DNA from: an uncultured virus (IMG/VR IMGVR_UViG_3300017593_000095)
Taxonomy: Duplodnaviria > Heunggongvirae > Uroviricota > Caudoviricetes
IMG/VR virus record: IMGVR_UViG_3300017593_000095
Length of the DNA stretch: 64,000 nucleotides
Direction: 5' to 3' (one strand)
The position numbers and the translations under genes are program-made. The notes beneath the pieces were generated by a model. That model searched no databases and was not told the origin of the DNA. It saw only the letters and a program-made list of their open reading frames with translations. This document shows, piece after piece, positions 27,659-36,013 of the stretch; within the stretch, counting starts at the first letter, position 1, and each line of letters opens with the position of its first letter.

Positions 27659-28450
27659 GTGAGGTTTGTGATGGATAGGACAATCTCTATAGTAATTGGT
27701 TATGAACATCATGAGCGACGTCTTCCTTTACTTCTTAAGTGTCTTTCCTCTCTCCAAGACATCGAGCAAATTTGCATCGTTGAGTCTGGTCCTTTTAAAG
27801 CACTAACTCGTAATGTGTTATCTCCTGTTTTAGCTGAGGATACTGAGTTGAAGTACTTGAAGATTTACACATCGACCCCGTACAACAGGGCCTGGAACTT
27901 CAACATTGGAGTTCGTCATCTTTCGACTTGTGATATAGTTGTTCTAATTGATGCTGATTTGGTCTTTCCTCCCGACTTCTCACGTATTGTACGTGAGCAG
28001 GTTACTTCCAAGGACTATGTCGGTCCTGCCTGGAACTGTATTGTGTACTTGAGTGAAAAGGATACTCTTCGGTCACTCTCGCTCCCAAGGTATGAAGTAG
28101 AAATTACGTCTCCGTCTCGGGCTTGTCGCCCTTCTAAGGCAGGTGCTGCCGGAGGAGCCTTTGTGTGCTATCGTGATACTTACTTCGATTTTCAGGGTAT
28201 GGACGAGAGGTTCTTTGGAAGGACGAGTGAAGACAACGCTCACTGGGCTAAGTTAGAGGTCCTAGGTTACAAGGTGAGGCCTCTCCCTGTAACTCTCTAT
28301 CACTTGTATCATCCTATCAACCCTGTAATTGCATCAAATCGTAGTGAAGTCTTTGACATGTTAAATTGGTCTAAAGAGAGGTGGTTGGAAGAGATAAACT
28401 CTAAAGGTAACTGGGGGTCGATTGATGGATTCATTGTTAAACCTATCTAA
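27659..28450 (+). CDS. Glycosyltransferase (GT2/GT7C-like)
   Basis: YNRAWNFNIG, IDAD, GMDERFFG..ED, YHLYH. Confidence 0.85.
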   Translation: MRFVMDRTISIVIGYEHHERRLPLLLKCLSSLQDIEQICIVESGPFKALTRNVLSPVLAEDTELKYLKIYTSTPYNRAWNFNIGVRHLSTCDIVVLIDADLVFPPDFSRIVREQVTSKDYVGPAWNCIVYLSEKDTLRSLSLPRYEVEITSPSRACRPSKAGAAGGAFVCYRDTYFDFQGMDERFFGRTSEDNAHWAKLEVLGYKVRPLPVTLYHLYHPINPVIASNRSEVFDMLNWSKERWLEEINSKGNWGSIDGFIVKPI

Positions 28451-29240
28451 GACTTGTTATCTATTTTGGTTGGTAAGAGGTGATGTACCTTTATATGTTA
28501 CTGTAAGTGTGTCTTCTTTATGTGCAGTGGCTGGATTTGATGAAGTAATTATGTGTTTGGATGTTTCTGAGGTAGACATGCCGTTTGAGTTCGTTCGAGA
28601 AACTTATTTCCCGGAGGTAACCCAAGTTGTAACTCCTCAAGAGTTCTTTGAGAAAGAGGCATTTTCTATTTATTCGAGTTTGCACGGTCGTTATGAGGTA
28701 GTTAATAAAGCCGATTTTTTTCGAATTTACGCATTGTACCGGTTTGGGGGTTTTTATTGCGATACAGATACGCTGGCTCTTCGTCCATTTCAACCCCTTG
28801 TAACTGGTTCTTCCTATATTTCTTCTGAAGACGGCTCTCATTTAAGCAACGGTATTCTTTTTACGGAGAAAGGGCACAAGGCTTTGGAGTTTATGTATAA
28901 GAATTTTACTAACCGGTGGCAGCCCAATACTTTTAATTTAGTAGGGTCTCAATGGTTTACTGAACTAGAAGAGTACTTCCTAGTTGATTGGAATAGGAAT
29001 CATCATTACTACATTAGTTGGCAGGAATGGAAGAAACTGTTTTCTCCTTTCTCTGGAGAGGTTGAGGATTTGTTTACGCGAGAGGTATTCTCTGTGCATT
29101 TATGGGGTACCACGCTTCGTCGAAACAACTTTTATCTCTCGCCGGATTATGTACGTGAGCGCCCTTCAACCCTTTTTTCGAAGATCGTGCAGTTTCTTTC
29201 ACAGAAGGATTCCGTAATTTGCAAGGAGTTGTGCCAATGA
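28425..29240 (+). CDS. DXD glycosyltransferase (GT32-like)
   Basis: ADFFRIYALYRFGGFYCDTD, SVHLW. Confidence 0.88.
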   Translation: MDSLLNLSKTCYLFWLVRGDVPLYVTVSVSSLCAVAGFDEVIMCLDVSEVDMPFEFVRETYFPEVTQVVTPQEFFEKEAFSIYSSLHGRYEVVNKADFFRIYALYRFGGFYCDTDTLALRPFQPLVTGSSYISSEDGSHLSNGILFTEKGHKALEFMYKNFTNRWQPNTFNLVGSQWFTELEEYFLVDWNRNHHYYISWQEWKKLFSPFSGEVEDLFTREVFSVHLWGTTLRRNNFYLSPDYVRERPSTLFSKIVQFLSQKDSVICKELCQ

Positions 29241-29767
29241 GCGTTCTTGAACGATTGTCCCCGGATAATCGCCTCTTTGGTATTCCGATTCAACACTCAT
29301 TTGCGTCACTCTATATCTTGGATCTAGTTTTTGACCAGTTTGATTTTGCTCAGGTTGTTGAGTTGGGTACTTATAGAGGTGCTCTTTCAACTTTTCTGTG
29401 GCTAGAGTGTCAAGTTCGAGGTCACCGTTTCTTGTCGGTTGATCGCGCTGATAAGAGAGTCACGGATTTATTTCCTTTCTTAAGAGGTGATATTTTTGAA
29501 TGTCAACGGACTAAGTTGAGAATTTTTGAGTTTTTAGGGCAGGCGCCCTCTTTCTTGTACTGTGACGATGGGAATAAACCACGTGAGATTCAGGTTTACG
29601 CACCTGTCCTTCCCCCGAGAAGTGTACTCGGTGTACATGATTGGGGCACAGAAATCTCTGAGAAAGATGTTTCGTTTTTGGCTGACTTGAGTTTTCATCC
29701 GATTGATGACATAAATTGTTTAAGCACGGAACTCCACACGTTGCAACAGTTTTGGGTTCGAAGATAA
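29237..29767 (+). CDS. Class I SAM-dependent methyltransferase (CmcI-like)
   Basis: VVELGTYRGA, VDR, CDDG, VHDW. Confidence 0.72.
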   Translation: MSVLERLSPDNRLFGIPIQHSFASLYILDLVFDQFDFAQVVELGTYRGALSTFLWLECQVRGHRFLSVDRADKRVTDLFPFLRGDIFECQRTKLRIFEFLGQAPSFLYCDDGNKPREIQVYAPVLPPRSVLGVHDWGTEISEKDVSFLADLSFHPIDDINCLSTELHTLQQFWVRR

Positions 29768-30027
29768 TGTCTCCTGAGTTTGTTCACGATTTTCGGAACG
29801 GGATTAGTTGTATTGCTGGGATTATCCTTAGAATTAACCGAAAACAGGAAAGTATCCTTGCTGCACAGGAAGAGTTGTCTCAGTTATTTTGCGAGCTTCG
29901 GCTCCAGTTACTTCGTGTTCTTTCAGCTTTGGAACGTTCCGTTGATAGCTTTGAAGAAGTGCATGGAGGTCAAAATGCCCTCAAGCAATCCGTTCGCGAT
30001 CACGAAAATCTTGACAGAAGTTCTTGA
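29767..30027 (+). CDS. Small protein with an H-box-like (HisKA) N-terminus
   Basis: 'FVHDFRNGISCIAG' followed by helical coiled coil; TAATG translational coupling. Confidence 0.5.
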   Translation: MSPEFVHDFRNGISCIAGIILRINRKQESILAAQEELSQLFCELRLQLLRVLSALERSVDSFEEVHGGQNALKQSVRDHENLDRSS

Positions 30028-30544
30028 TTTGAAACCTCAAAGTATTTTGGATATTGGTCCGGGTTTCGGTAAGTGGGGTGTACTCTTTAGGGAGTACTTG
30101 GATGTTTGGAATTGGAGGGTGTTTCCTCCTGAGTGGAAAGTTCGAATTGATTGTATCGAAGCTTATTCCAAGTACATCTCTCCTTTACACGAGTACATTT
30201 ACAACAAAGTAATAGTTCAGGACGTTCGATCCATTTCTTGGGAGTCTTTCCCTACTTATGATCTCATATGTTTGTTCGATGTTATTGAGCATATGAGCAA
30301 ACTCGAGGGCTACGATCTGTTACACACCTTGCTCCGGAAGGTTACTAAAGCAGTGTTTGTTTCAACACCATTGCCAGAGGATTTCTCTTCCTTTCCTCAC
30401 GGAAGATGGGAAGATGATTATGAAGGACATAAGGAAGCTTGGTCTCCGGTAGAGTTTGTTGAAAATTTTGGCGCCGAAATAGTGATGTGTGACGGTGGTA
30501 AAAGAGGGTTCCGGACTTTTCTCGCGAAGATTATGATACGATAG
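29975..30544 (+). CDS. Class I SAM-dependent methyltransferase
   Basis: ILDIGPGFG, YDLICLFDVIEH, VSTP. Confidence 0.85.
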   Translation: MPSSNPFAITKILTEVLDLKPQSILDIGPGFGKWGVLFREYLDVWNWRVFPPEWKVRIDCIEAYSKYISPLHEYIYNKVIVQDVRSISWESFPTYDLICLFDVIEHMSKLEGYDLLHTLLRKVTKAVFVSTPLPEDFSSFPHGRWEDDYEGHKEAWSPVEFVENFGAEIVMCDGGKRGFRTFLAKIMIR

Positions 30545-30555
30545 GAGGCTTTTTT

Positions 30556-31695
30556 ATGGAACTCGTAGAGTTTAAGGGTCGTAAAGGAATTTGGATTACT
30601 TACAAGGGCCGCAAGATCTTTATCCCTGAGGAAAGAATTCATCAACGAGAGTTGGGGTCACGTTCCCGTCTTGATCCAAAGATGAAAGTCCTCGGAGGTA
30701 TCACTTTAGCAACTTTAGCCGCTTACTTTTTAAAACCCGGTACGCCCATTTCTGAACTTTTTCGCAATAAAAGGTTTGTCGTGATCGCTAAACACCCAAA
30801 TCCCACTCCCTCAATGAGAGAGAAGTTTTATGACATGATCACGTCGGCAATAATGGGGATGCGTGTAGTTCGTCCCAAAGCGGGCGCTAAACTTCCCAAA
30901 ACTGCAGGCGTTGTTCATACCTGGTCGAAAGAAGCCTTTAAGATGAAACTTCCTAAGATTCAAGACTATGACTTGATGTCTGCTATTGACGATAAAGCGG
31001 TATTTCCAAAGCTGTTCAAGGACGACCCTAAAATTGTTCCTCAAACCTTCTTACTTCGTGAGTTTCACAGTCTTGAATCCGCACGCTATGCGTTCCAACG
31101 TGCTGGGAAGGGATTTGTGATTAAACCGCGCATTGGCTCACTTTCGAAGGAACTCCCTACTCATGAGTGGAGTGACAAACGTTTGATGAAATATATTGAA
31201 CAGCACGGTGGTCCTAATAATGTGATCATACAAGAAATGTTACCTTTTAGAAATGAGTTTCGTGTTCACTATGTGAATGGGAAGGTTTACTCTATTACAC
31301 ATCGTCGTTTTCCTGATCCTTTCCGTAAAATTTACAATAAAATCTTTTATCGATTCGGAATGGAGGGTGGTTCTTCTATTCCAGTGCTCAACCCTGTGAA
31401 ACGTAAACGACTTAAGGAGTTTGTGACTCAAGCTATGAAACTATATGAGAAGAACGCCCATGTAGGGTTTGACATCGTCGAATTACCTGACGGTTCCTTC
31501 CGATTTATTGAAGGAAACCCTGTTCCAGGTAGTTTAATGAACCCTGTTATTGCCAGGAAGTTACACAAGACTGTCACTGGAGTATGGACTAATGACTTAC
31601 GCGCCGTTGCTCTAGCTGGAGGCGCGGCGGGTTTATGGTGGGCAGGAGAAGGAGTTTCCGAAGTACGGAAGAAGGAGAAGCAGCTGTGGGTGTAG
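30556..31695 (+). CDS. ATP-grasp (RimK-like) protein with hydrophobic terminal segments
   Basis: DDK, VPQT, VIKP..GS, IIQEML, EFRVH, VGFDI, FIEGNPVPG. Confidence 0.8.
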   Translation: MELVEFKGRKGIWITYKGRKIFIPEERIHQRELGSRSRLDPKMKVLGGITLATLAAYFLKPGTPISELFRNKRFVVIAKHPNPTPSMREKFYDMITSAIMGMRVVRPKAGAKLPKTAGVVHTWSKEAFKMKLPKIQDYDLMSAIDDKAVFPKLFKDDPKIVPQTFLLREFHSLESARYAFQRAGKGFVIKPRIGSLSKELPTHEWSDKRLMKYIEQHGGPNNVIIQEMLPFRNEFRVHYVNGKVYSITHRRFPDPFRKIYNKIFYRFGMEGGSSIPVLNPVKRKRLKEFVTQAMKLYEKNAHVGFDIVELPDGSFRFIEGNPVPGSLMNPVIARKLHKTVTGVWTNDLRAVALAGGAAGLWWAGEGVSEVRKKEKQLWV

Positions 31696-32069
31696 GAAAA
31701 CACGTGTTGATTGACGTGTTTGAGGTGCCTTTTGAAGTTTTAGATAATGAGAAGTTGGTTCTTCAGTGTTTGATTCGGGCCGCTAGTAAGGCCGGCGCAA
31801 CCATACTTCATTCATTCGTTCATCATTTTGAACCTCACGGGGTAAGTTGTGTGGTTGTGATCTCTGAGTCTCACTTTTCTATCCATACTTGGCCTGAACG
31901 ACTTTACGCGGCCGTTGATTTGTTCACTTGCGGCGATTCCGTTGATTTAGATGTAGCGGTTCAGGAGATTCTTCAGTTTCTTAAAGGTAATCCTAAAGTT
32001 TTAGTCTTGGAGAGGGGGGATGTACATGATCGCCGATTGGGGACTTCACCTGATTTTAGATTTGTATGA
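31686..32069 (+). CDS. speD: S-adenosylmethionine decarboxylase proenzyme (short type)
   Basis: GKH, HHFEPHGVS...ISE|SHFSIHTWPE, DLFTCG. Confidence 0.93.
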   Translation: MGVGKHVLIDVFEVPFEVLDNEKLVLQCLIRAASKAGATILHSFVHHFEPHGVSCVVVISESHFSIHTWPERLYAAVDLFTCGDSVDLDVAVQEILQFLKGNPKVLVLERGDVHDRRLGTSPDFRFV

Positions 32070-32397
32070 TTGTGATGAGTTCCTTATTTCTAGTAAGGGC
32101 AAACTTAGGGAATTCGTATTCGAACTTTGTGATATTCTTGATGTGAAAAGGTACGGTGACCCTATAATTGAGTGGTTTGGTAACGGCCCTTCTGAAGGAT
32201 ACACTCTTGTTCAGTTAATAGAGACGTCTCTGGTATCAGGACATTTTGCTCCTTCTAGCCGGACTGCTTACATTGATGTGTTTAGTTGTAAATTTTTTGA
32301 CCCGATTAAGGTTCAGGAGTACATTGGAGGTTTCTTTAAAGCTAAGAAGGTTGATTCTACCCTTCTTGAAAGGGGGTCGAAGTTACGTGAAGTATAA
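32026..32397 (+). CDS. Second AdoMet-decarboxylase-fold pyruvoyl enzyme
   Basis: WGLHLILDL..C, GYTLVQLIET|S.VSGHF, IDVFSCK.FD. Confidence 0.85.
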   Translation: MIADWGLHLILDLYDCDEFLISSKGKLREFVFELCDILDVKRYGDPIIEWFGNGPSEGYTLVQLIETSLVSGHFAPSSRTAYIDVFSCKFFDPIKVQEYIGGFFKAKKVDSTLLERGSKLREV

Positions 32398-33586
32398 GAT
32401 AACATTTCTGGGTTCTAAGGGTATGATTGAGGAAAGTTCCCCTCATCACAAACTGAGAACAGGTATTGTAGTCGAGACTCGCAGAGCGCGTTTCCAAATT
32501 GACTGTGGTGAAGAGGAGTTCTTTGATAACCTTAAGGACGTGGATTTTTTGTATGTAAGTCATTGTTATGATGAGAAGACTGAAGTTTTTACTAATCGTG
32601 GCTGGAAGAGGTTTACTGAGTTAAGTAGTTCGGATTACGTCGCGACATTGGATGAGGACGATCGATTAGTGTTTGAGAAGCCTATAGATTATATTGAGCA
32701 AGATTACACTGGGTTAATGTATTACTTGAGTACGGATTTTTTGAATATGATGGTGACTCCTAATCACAATTTGTATATTTCGGAGAACTTTGATGACCCT
32801 TCCTTTTCTCTTATCCCTGCCGCGAGGTGTTTTGGGCGCCCTAAGATGTTTACGTGCTCTTTTAAATGTGAACAACACGATACTTCTCTGGCACAAGCAG
32901 TTTTTTCTGACAGTCGTTCCTCTACCGCTAAGTCAGTAACCTCCGGTAGTCAAGAGTCCTGGGTTCCTTACGACGGGAAAGTTTACTGTGTTACTTTACC
33001 CGAGTACACTAGGCATATACTGTTGACTCGCCGTGAGGGTAAAGTGTGCTTTTCCGGGAACTCACACCCAGATCATGTAAGTGGCTTAAAACACAAGGAA
33101 ATTCCGACGACGTTGGTGTCTACGTCGCTCGTTCGACGTCAATTAGTCCGTAATTGGAAGGTCACTCCTACTCTTTTTTCTTCACTTCCTTTTGAGTACG
33201 AAGATGTGTCGTTAAAAGCTGTTTCTTGTTTTCACTCTATTCGATGTCCTATGTGGGGTGTTGTAATAAATAACGAATTGGGTATCTTTACGGATGTTAT
33301 ACGACCACGTGCTGGCTGGGGGATTCTCAAGGGACTCCGAGTTTACATTGGTGATGGCTCCGCGATTAACCATCCCATAATCCGCGTTAAGGAAAAGGGA
33401 GGAGAACCGTTCGGGCACACTTGTATGAAATCTCAACTCCGATATGCTTCTCAATTGAATTGGCAAACAGTTGTTTTTACTCATCTTGGCCGCCAGCCTG
33501 TTTTGAAAGGTGATGAGAGAGTGAGAGAAATTCTCGGTGTGGAGGATTTAATTATTGCGAAGGATGGACTTACAATCGAAGTTTGA
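32387..33586 (+). CDS. Metallo-beta-lactamase-fold hydrolase interrupted by an intein
   Basis: ITFLG, IDCG, spliced motif SH-SHPDH, HS, FTD, GH, FTHLG, AKDG. Confidence 0.88.
   Translation: MKYKITFLGSKGMIEESSPHHKLRTGIVVETRRARFQIDCGEEEFFDNLKDVDFLYVSHCYDEKTEVFTNRGWKRFTELSSSDYVATLDEDDRLVFEKPIDYIEQDYTGLMYYLSTDFLNMMVTPNHNLYISENFDDPSFSLIPAARCFGRPKMFTCSFKCEQHDTSLAQAVFSDSRSSTAKSVTSGSQESWVPYDGKVYCVTLPEYTRHILLTRREGKVCFSGNSHPDHVSGLKHKEIPTTLVSTSLVRRQLVRNWKVTPTLFSSLPFEYEDVSLKAVSCFHSIRCPMWGVVINNELGIFTDVIRPRAGWGILKGLRVYIGDGSAINHPIIRVKEKGGEPFGHTCMKSQLRYASQLNWQTVVFTHLGRQPVLKGDERVREILGVEDLIIAKDGLTIEV
32564..33061 (+). mobile_element. Mini-intein (166 aa) inside the MBL HxHxDH motif
   Basis: VSH|CYDEKTEV...VTPNH...VYCVT...CFSGN|SHPDH. 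Confidence 0.93.
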
Positions 33587-33794
33587 GTCAGAGGTGCCGA
33601 AGTACAGACATCGAACACGAAAACGTAGAATTCCTGTTTACTATCGACTTAGAAGGGAGTACCGAAGTAGGGTACCGTGGTTTCGTGAGTGGGCCGTTCT
33701 AAAACGTTATGTCACCGTGGATGATGCTGAAAAAGCTGTTAAGGTCTTGAACGCTAAGGATAAGTGGTTTGAATATAGTTTAGATCCTTATTAA
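33555..33794 (+). CDS. Small basic hypothetical protein
   Basis: Fills the intergenic gap; Arg-rich. Confidence 0.55.
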   Translation: MRRMDLQSKFESEVPKYRHRTRKRRIPVYYRLRREYRSRVPWFREWAVLKRYVTVDDAEKAVKVLNAKDKWFEYSLDPY

Positions 33795-33804
33795 GGAGAT
33801 TGGC

Positions 33805-34803
33805 GTGAAATTTAGAGTCCCTCCTGAGTGGATTGAGAAATGGATTACCAAGGGCGGACGTAGAGTTCCGATTATTAAAAAGGAGTTCCGCCAAGCTTTC
33901 TTGTGGACTTTCGCCTTTGCCAGGAAGTCTCCTCTTCGAGTTGTTGACTCCCGGTCTATTAATGAAACGCTAGAAGGGGCGGGCTTCGAGACTTTTAGGT
34001 TTCTCGAGAACGTTGCAGCGCCTCATCCCGAAGTCCGCAGGAAAGTCCTTCCTCAGGCTGATGCATTTTTGAATTTTTTTATTGGGAGTGCTGAGAGTGA
34101 AAGAGCATTTCGTAATGTAAGTTTATCCTTTCATCGTTATACGTCGTCTGCTCCAATAGGGTGTTATGTTGATGCCTATATTCTTAGGTCGACGGGGAAA
34201 ATTGAAAGAGAGCTCACACAACAGTGCCTTGAACAATTTTCCGCAAATGATCGTGTCCATCTCAGACACGTTCTGGGAATTACTCTTCCTAAGGTTCAAA
34301 GGGTTCCTTCTGAGGTTAAGGATCTTGCTGAGTACGCGTTTCCGCAAGGATCGGGGGCTATTAGTATGCTAGTGTACTCCCCTAGGCGGCGTGATGTTCC
34401 TTATGATCTTACTTTTCTCCATGAATGCGGTCATTTTGTTCAGAGTCAGCTTGCTACTCGGGCTCCTGATTATTATGTAGAATTTGGTCGAAGTGTTTAT
34501 GCTCCTTACCTTCAGAGAGTTTTGCCTGAAGCTGTACAGCTCTTTCAGCAAGCTACTAAGCATTATGGTTCGGTACGCCCTTCAGTTAGGCGTAATTTTG
34601 TGAGGTTGCAGTTTTATCGGGCTTTAATGGACGACCCTTTTAACACGTCCGTGATATCAATTCCCAGCCTTCAAAGTCCAGAAGAGGGCTTTTCTGAGGC
34701 TTTTTCGCTTTTTGCACATTCAAATCTTCAGCATCGTAGGTTTCTTAGACTTAAGTGGCCTGAGGCACGTGACTATTTTGCTACTTTGGAAGGAGTACTG
34801 TGA
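33805..34803 (+). CDS. Zincin-like metallopeptidase
   Basis: FLHECGH plus downstream EEGFSEAF; N-terminal WITKGGRRVPI. Confidence 0.75.
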   Translation: MKFRVPPEWIEKWITKGGRRVPIIKKEFRQAFLWTFAFARKSPLRVVDSRSINETLEGAGFETFRFLENVAAPHPEVRRKVLPQADAFLNFFIGSAESERAFRNVSLSFHRYTSSAPIGCYVDAYILRSTGKIERELTQQCLEQFSANDRVHLRHVLGITLPKVQRVPSEVKDLAEYAFPQGSGAISMLVYSPRRRDVPYDLTFLHECGHFVQSQLATRAPDYYVEFGRSVYAPYLQRVLPEAVQLFQQATKHYGSVRPSVRRNFVRLQFYRALMDDPFNTSVISIPSLQSPEEGFSEAFSLFAHSNLQHRRFLRLKWPEARDYFATLEGVL

Positions 34804-35042
34804 TGACTGAATTCGACCCAATTCGGTGGCTGTCCAAGTATCGAGCAAAACATCTCGGAGAAGATCACTTCTCCCTGTGCTCTTTTTGTAAACATTTCCG
34901 TGAGGATTGTACTTGTGTAGCGTTTCCCAAAGGAATTCCAGGAAAGTACTTGTTCTTTGATGTCTATCACCTTGAGAAAGATCCTTCTCAGAAAGGGGAT
35001 GCTGTATTTGAATTGTCTTCTCGTTTTGTGAAGGAGAAGTAA
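34800..35042 (+). CDS. Small Cys/His-rich protein
   Basis: CSFCKH...CVAFPKGIP...H; overlaps the zincin stop codon. Confidence 0.7.
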   Translation: MMTEFDPIRWLSKYRAKHLGEDHFSLCSFCKHFREDCTCVAFPKGIPGKYLFFDVYHLEKDPSQKGDAVFELSSRFVKEK

Positions 35043-35044
35043 CT

Positions 35045-36013
35045 ATGCTGAAGATTTTATATATTTGTAAAGACTTTACTAACTGGATTGGACATGGACA
35101 TCTAGCCTTTAAGAAAGCTCTTGCTAAAGTTGCTGATGTTACTTTTCATCACAAGCCCTGTCACGTACCTACGCTATTGAAGGAGCTCGCTGACAAAGGG
35201 AAAACTTTTGATCTACTCATGTTGGGTGAAGCTCCTCCAGTAACTCCTCCTTTGACAGGGCTAGCTGAGATTAAGCTTCCTAAGGTAGTTCACTATTGGG
35301 ATGTTCATGCTTATCAGAGAGATCGGCTCCTGTTTATCAAGGAGAATAAAATCGACTTTGTGGTAGTAAAGTTTAAAGAAGGGACGCTCAAGTTGTTTCC
35401 TCGACTCCTTGATGTAGTTCCTTGTGAGTGGTTACCTATTGGAGTTGACACTCACGTGTTTAAGAAATGGTCTCAAACGAAGACCATAGACATCTTACTA
35501 ACCGGAGCTATTCTCCCTGATGTTTATCCTATGAGAACATCTTATTTACGTACGTTTAAGGGGTACCCTGGTTTTGTACACGTCCCTCATCCTGGTTATG
35601 GTCACTTTGATTCACGAACTGCGATTGTTCATGATACCTACGCGAAGCTTTTGAACTCAGCTAAAGTTTGCCCTACTTGTGGTAGTATCTACAATTACTC
35701 CATTCAGAAGTTCTTCGAGATTCCCGCGTCTTTTTCTCTTTTGGCAGCTCCACCTATTAACGACATTGTAGAACTTGGGTACGTTCCAGATAAACACTTT
35801 TTGCCCGTCTCACCAACTTCCTTTGAGGATAAAATTCTCTCAGTGTTAAGGGACGAAGACCGCTTAGTTGAGATTACGACACGAGGGTATAGATTAGTTC
35901 GTAAGTTCCACAGTGTCGATGTGAGAGCAAAGCAGTTTGTTAACTTGATGTGTAGAGCTGTATTGGGCGTTAAGCAGCCATTTGATGGGTTAAGGGAGTT
36001 TTCTCTGAGGTGA
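35045..36013 (+). CDS. GT-B glycosyltransferase (CgeB-like)
   Basis: YAKLLNSAK, KFFEIPA, LGYVPDKHF, GYRLVRKFHS. Confidence 0.82.
   Translation: MLKILYICKDFTNWIGHGHLAFKKALAKVADVTFHHKPCHVPTLLKELADKGKTFDLLMLGEAPPVTPPLTGLAEIKLPKVVHYWDVHAYQRDRLLFIKENKIDFVVVKFKEGTLKLFPRLLDVVPCEWLPIGVDTHVFKKWSQTKTIDILLTGAILPDVYPMRTSYLRTFKGYPGFVHVPHPGYGHFDSRTAIVHDTYAKLLNSAKVCPTCGSIYNYSIQKFFEIPASFSLLAAPPINDIVELGYVPDKHFLPVSPTSFEDKILSVLRDEDRLVEITTRGYRLVRKFHSVDVRAKQFVNLMCRAVLGVKQPFDGLREFSLR

Noticed and set aside
32246..32386. Longer N-terminal extensions given by the ORF track (also 16038, 23422, 29780, 31635, 39182, 46763)
   Set aside because: They overlap neighbouring genes; downstream starts fit RBS positions and domain boundaries better
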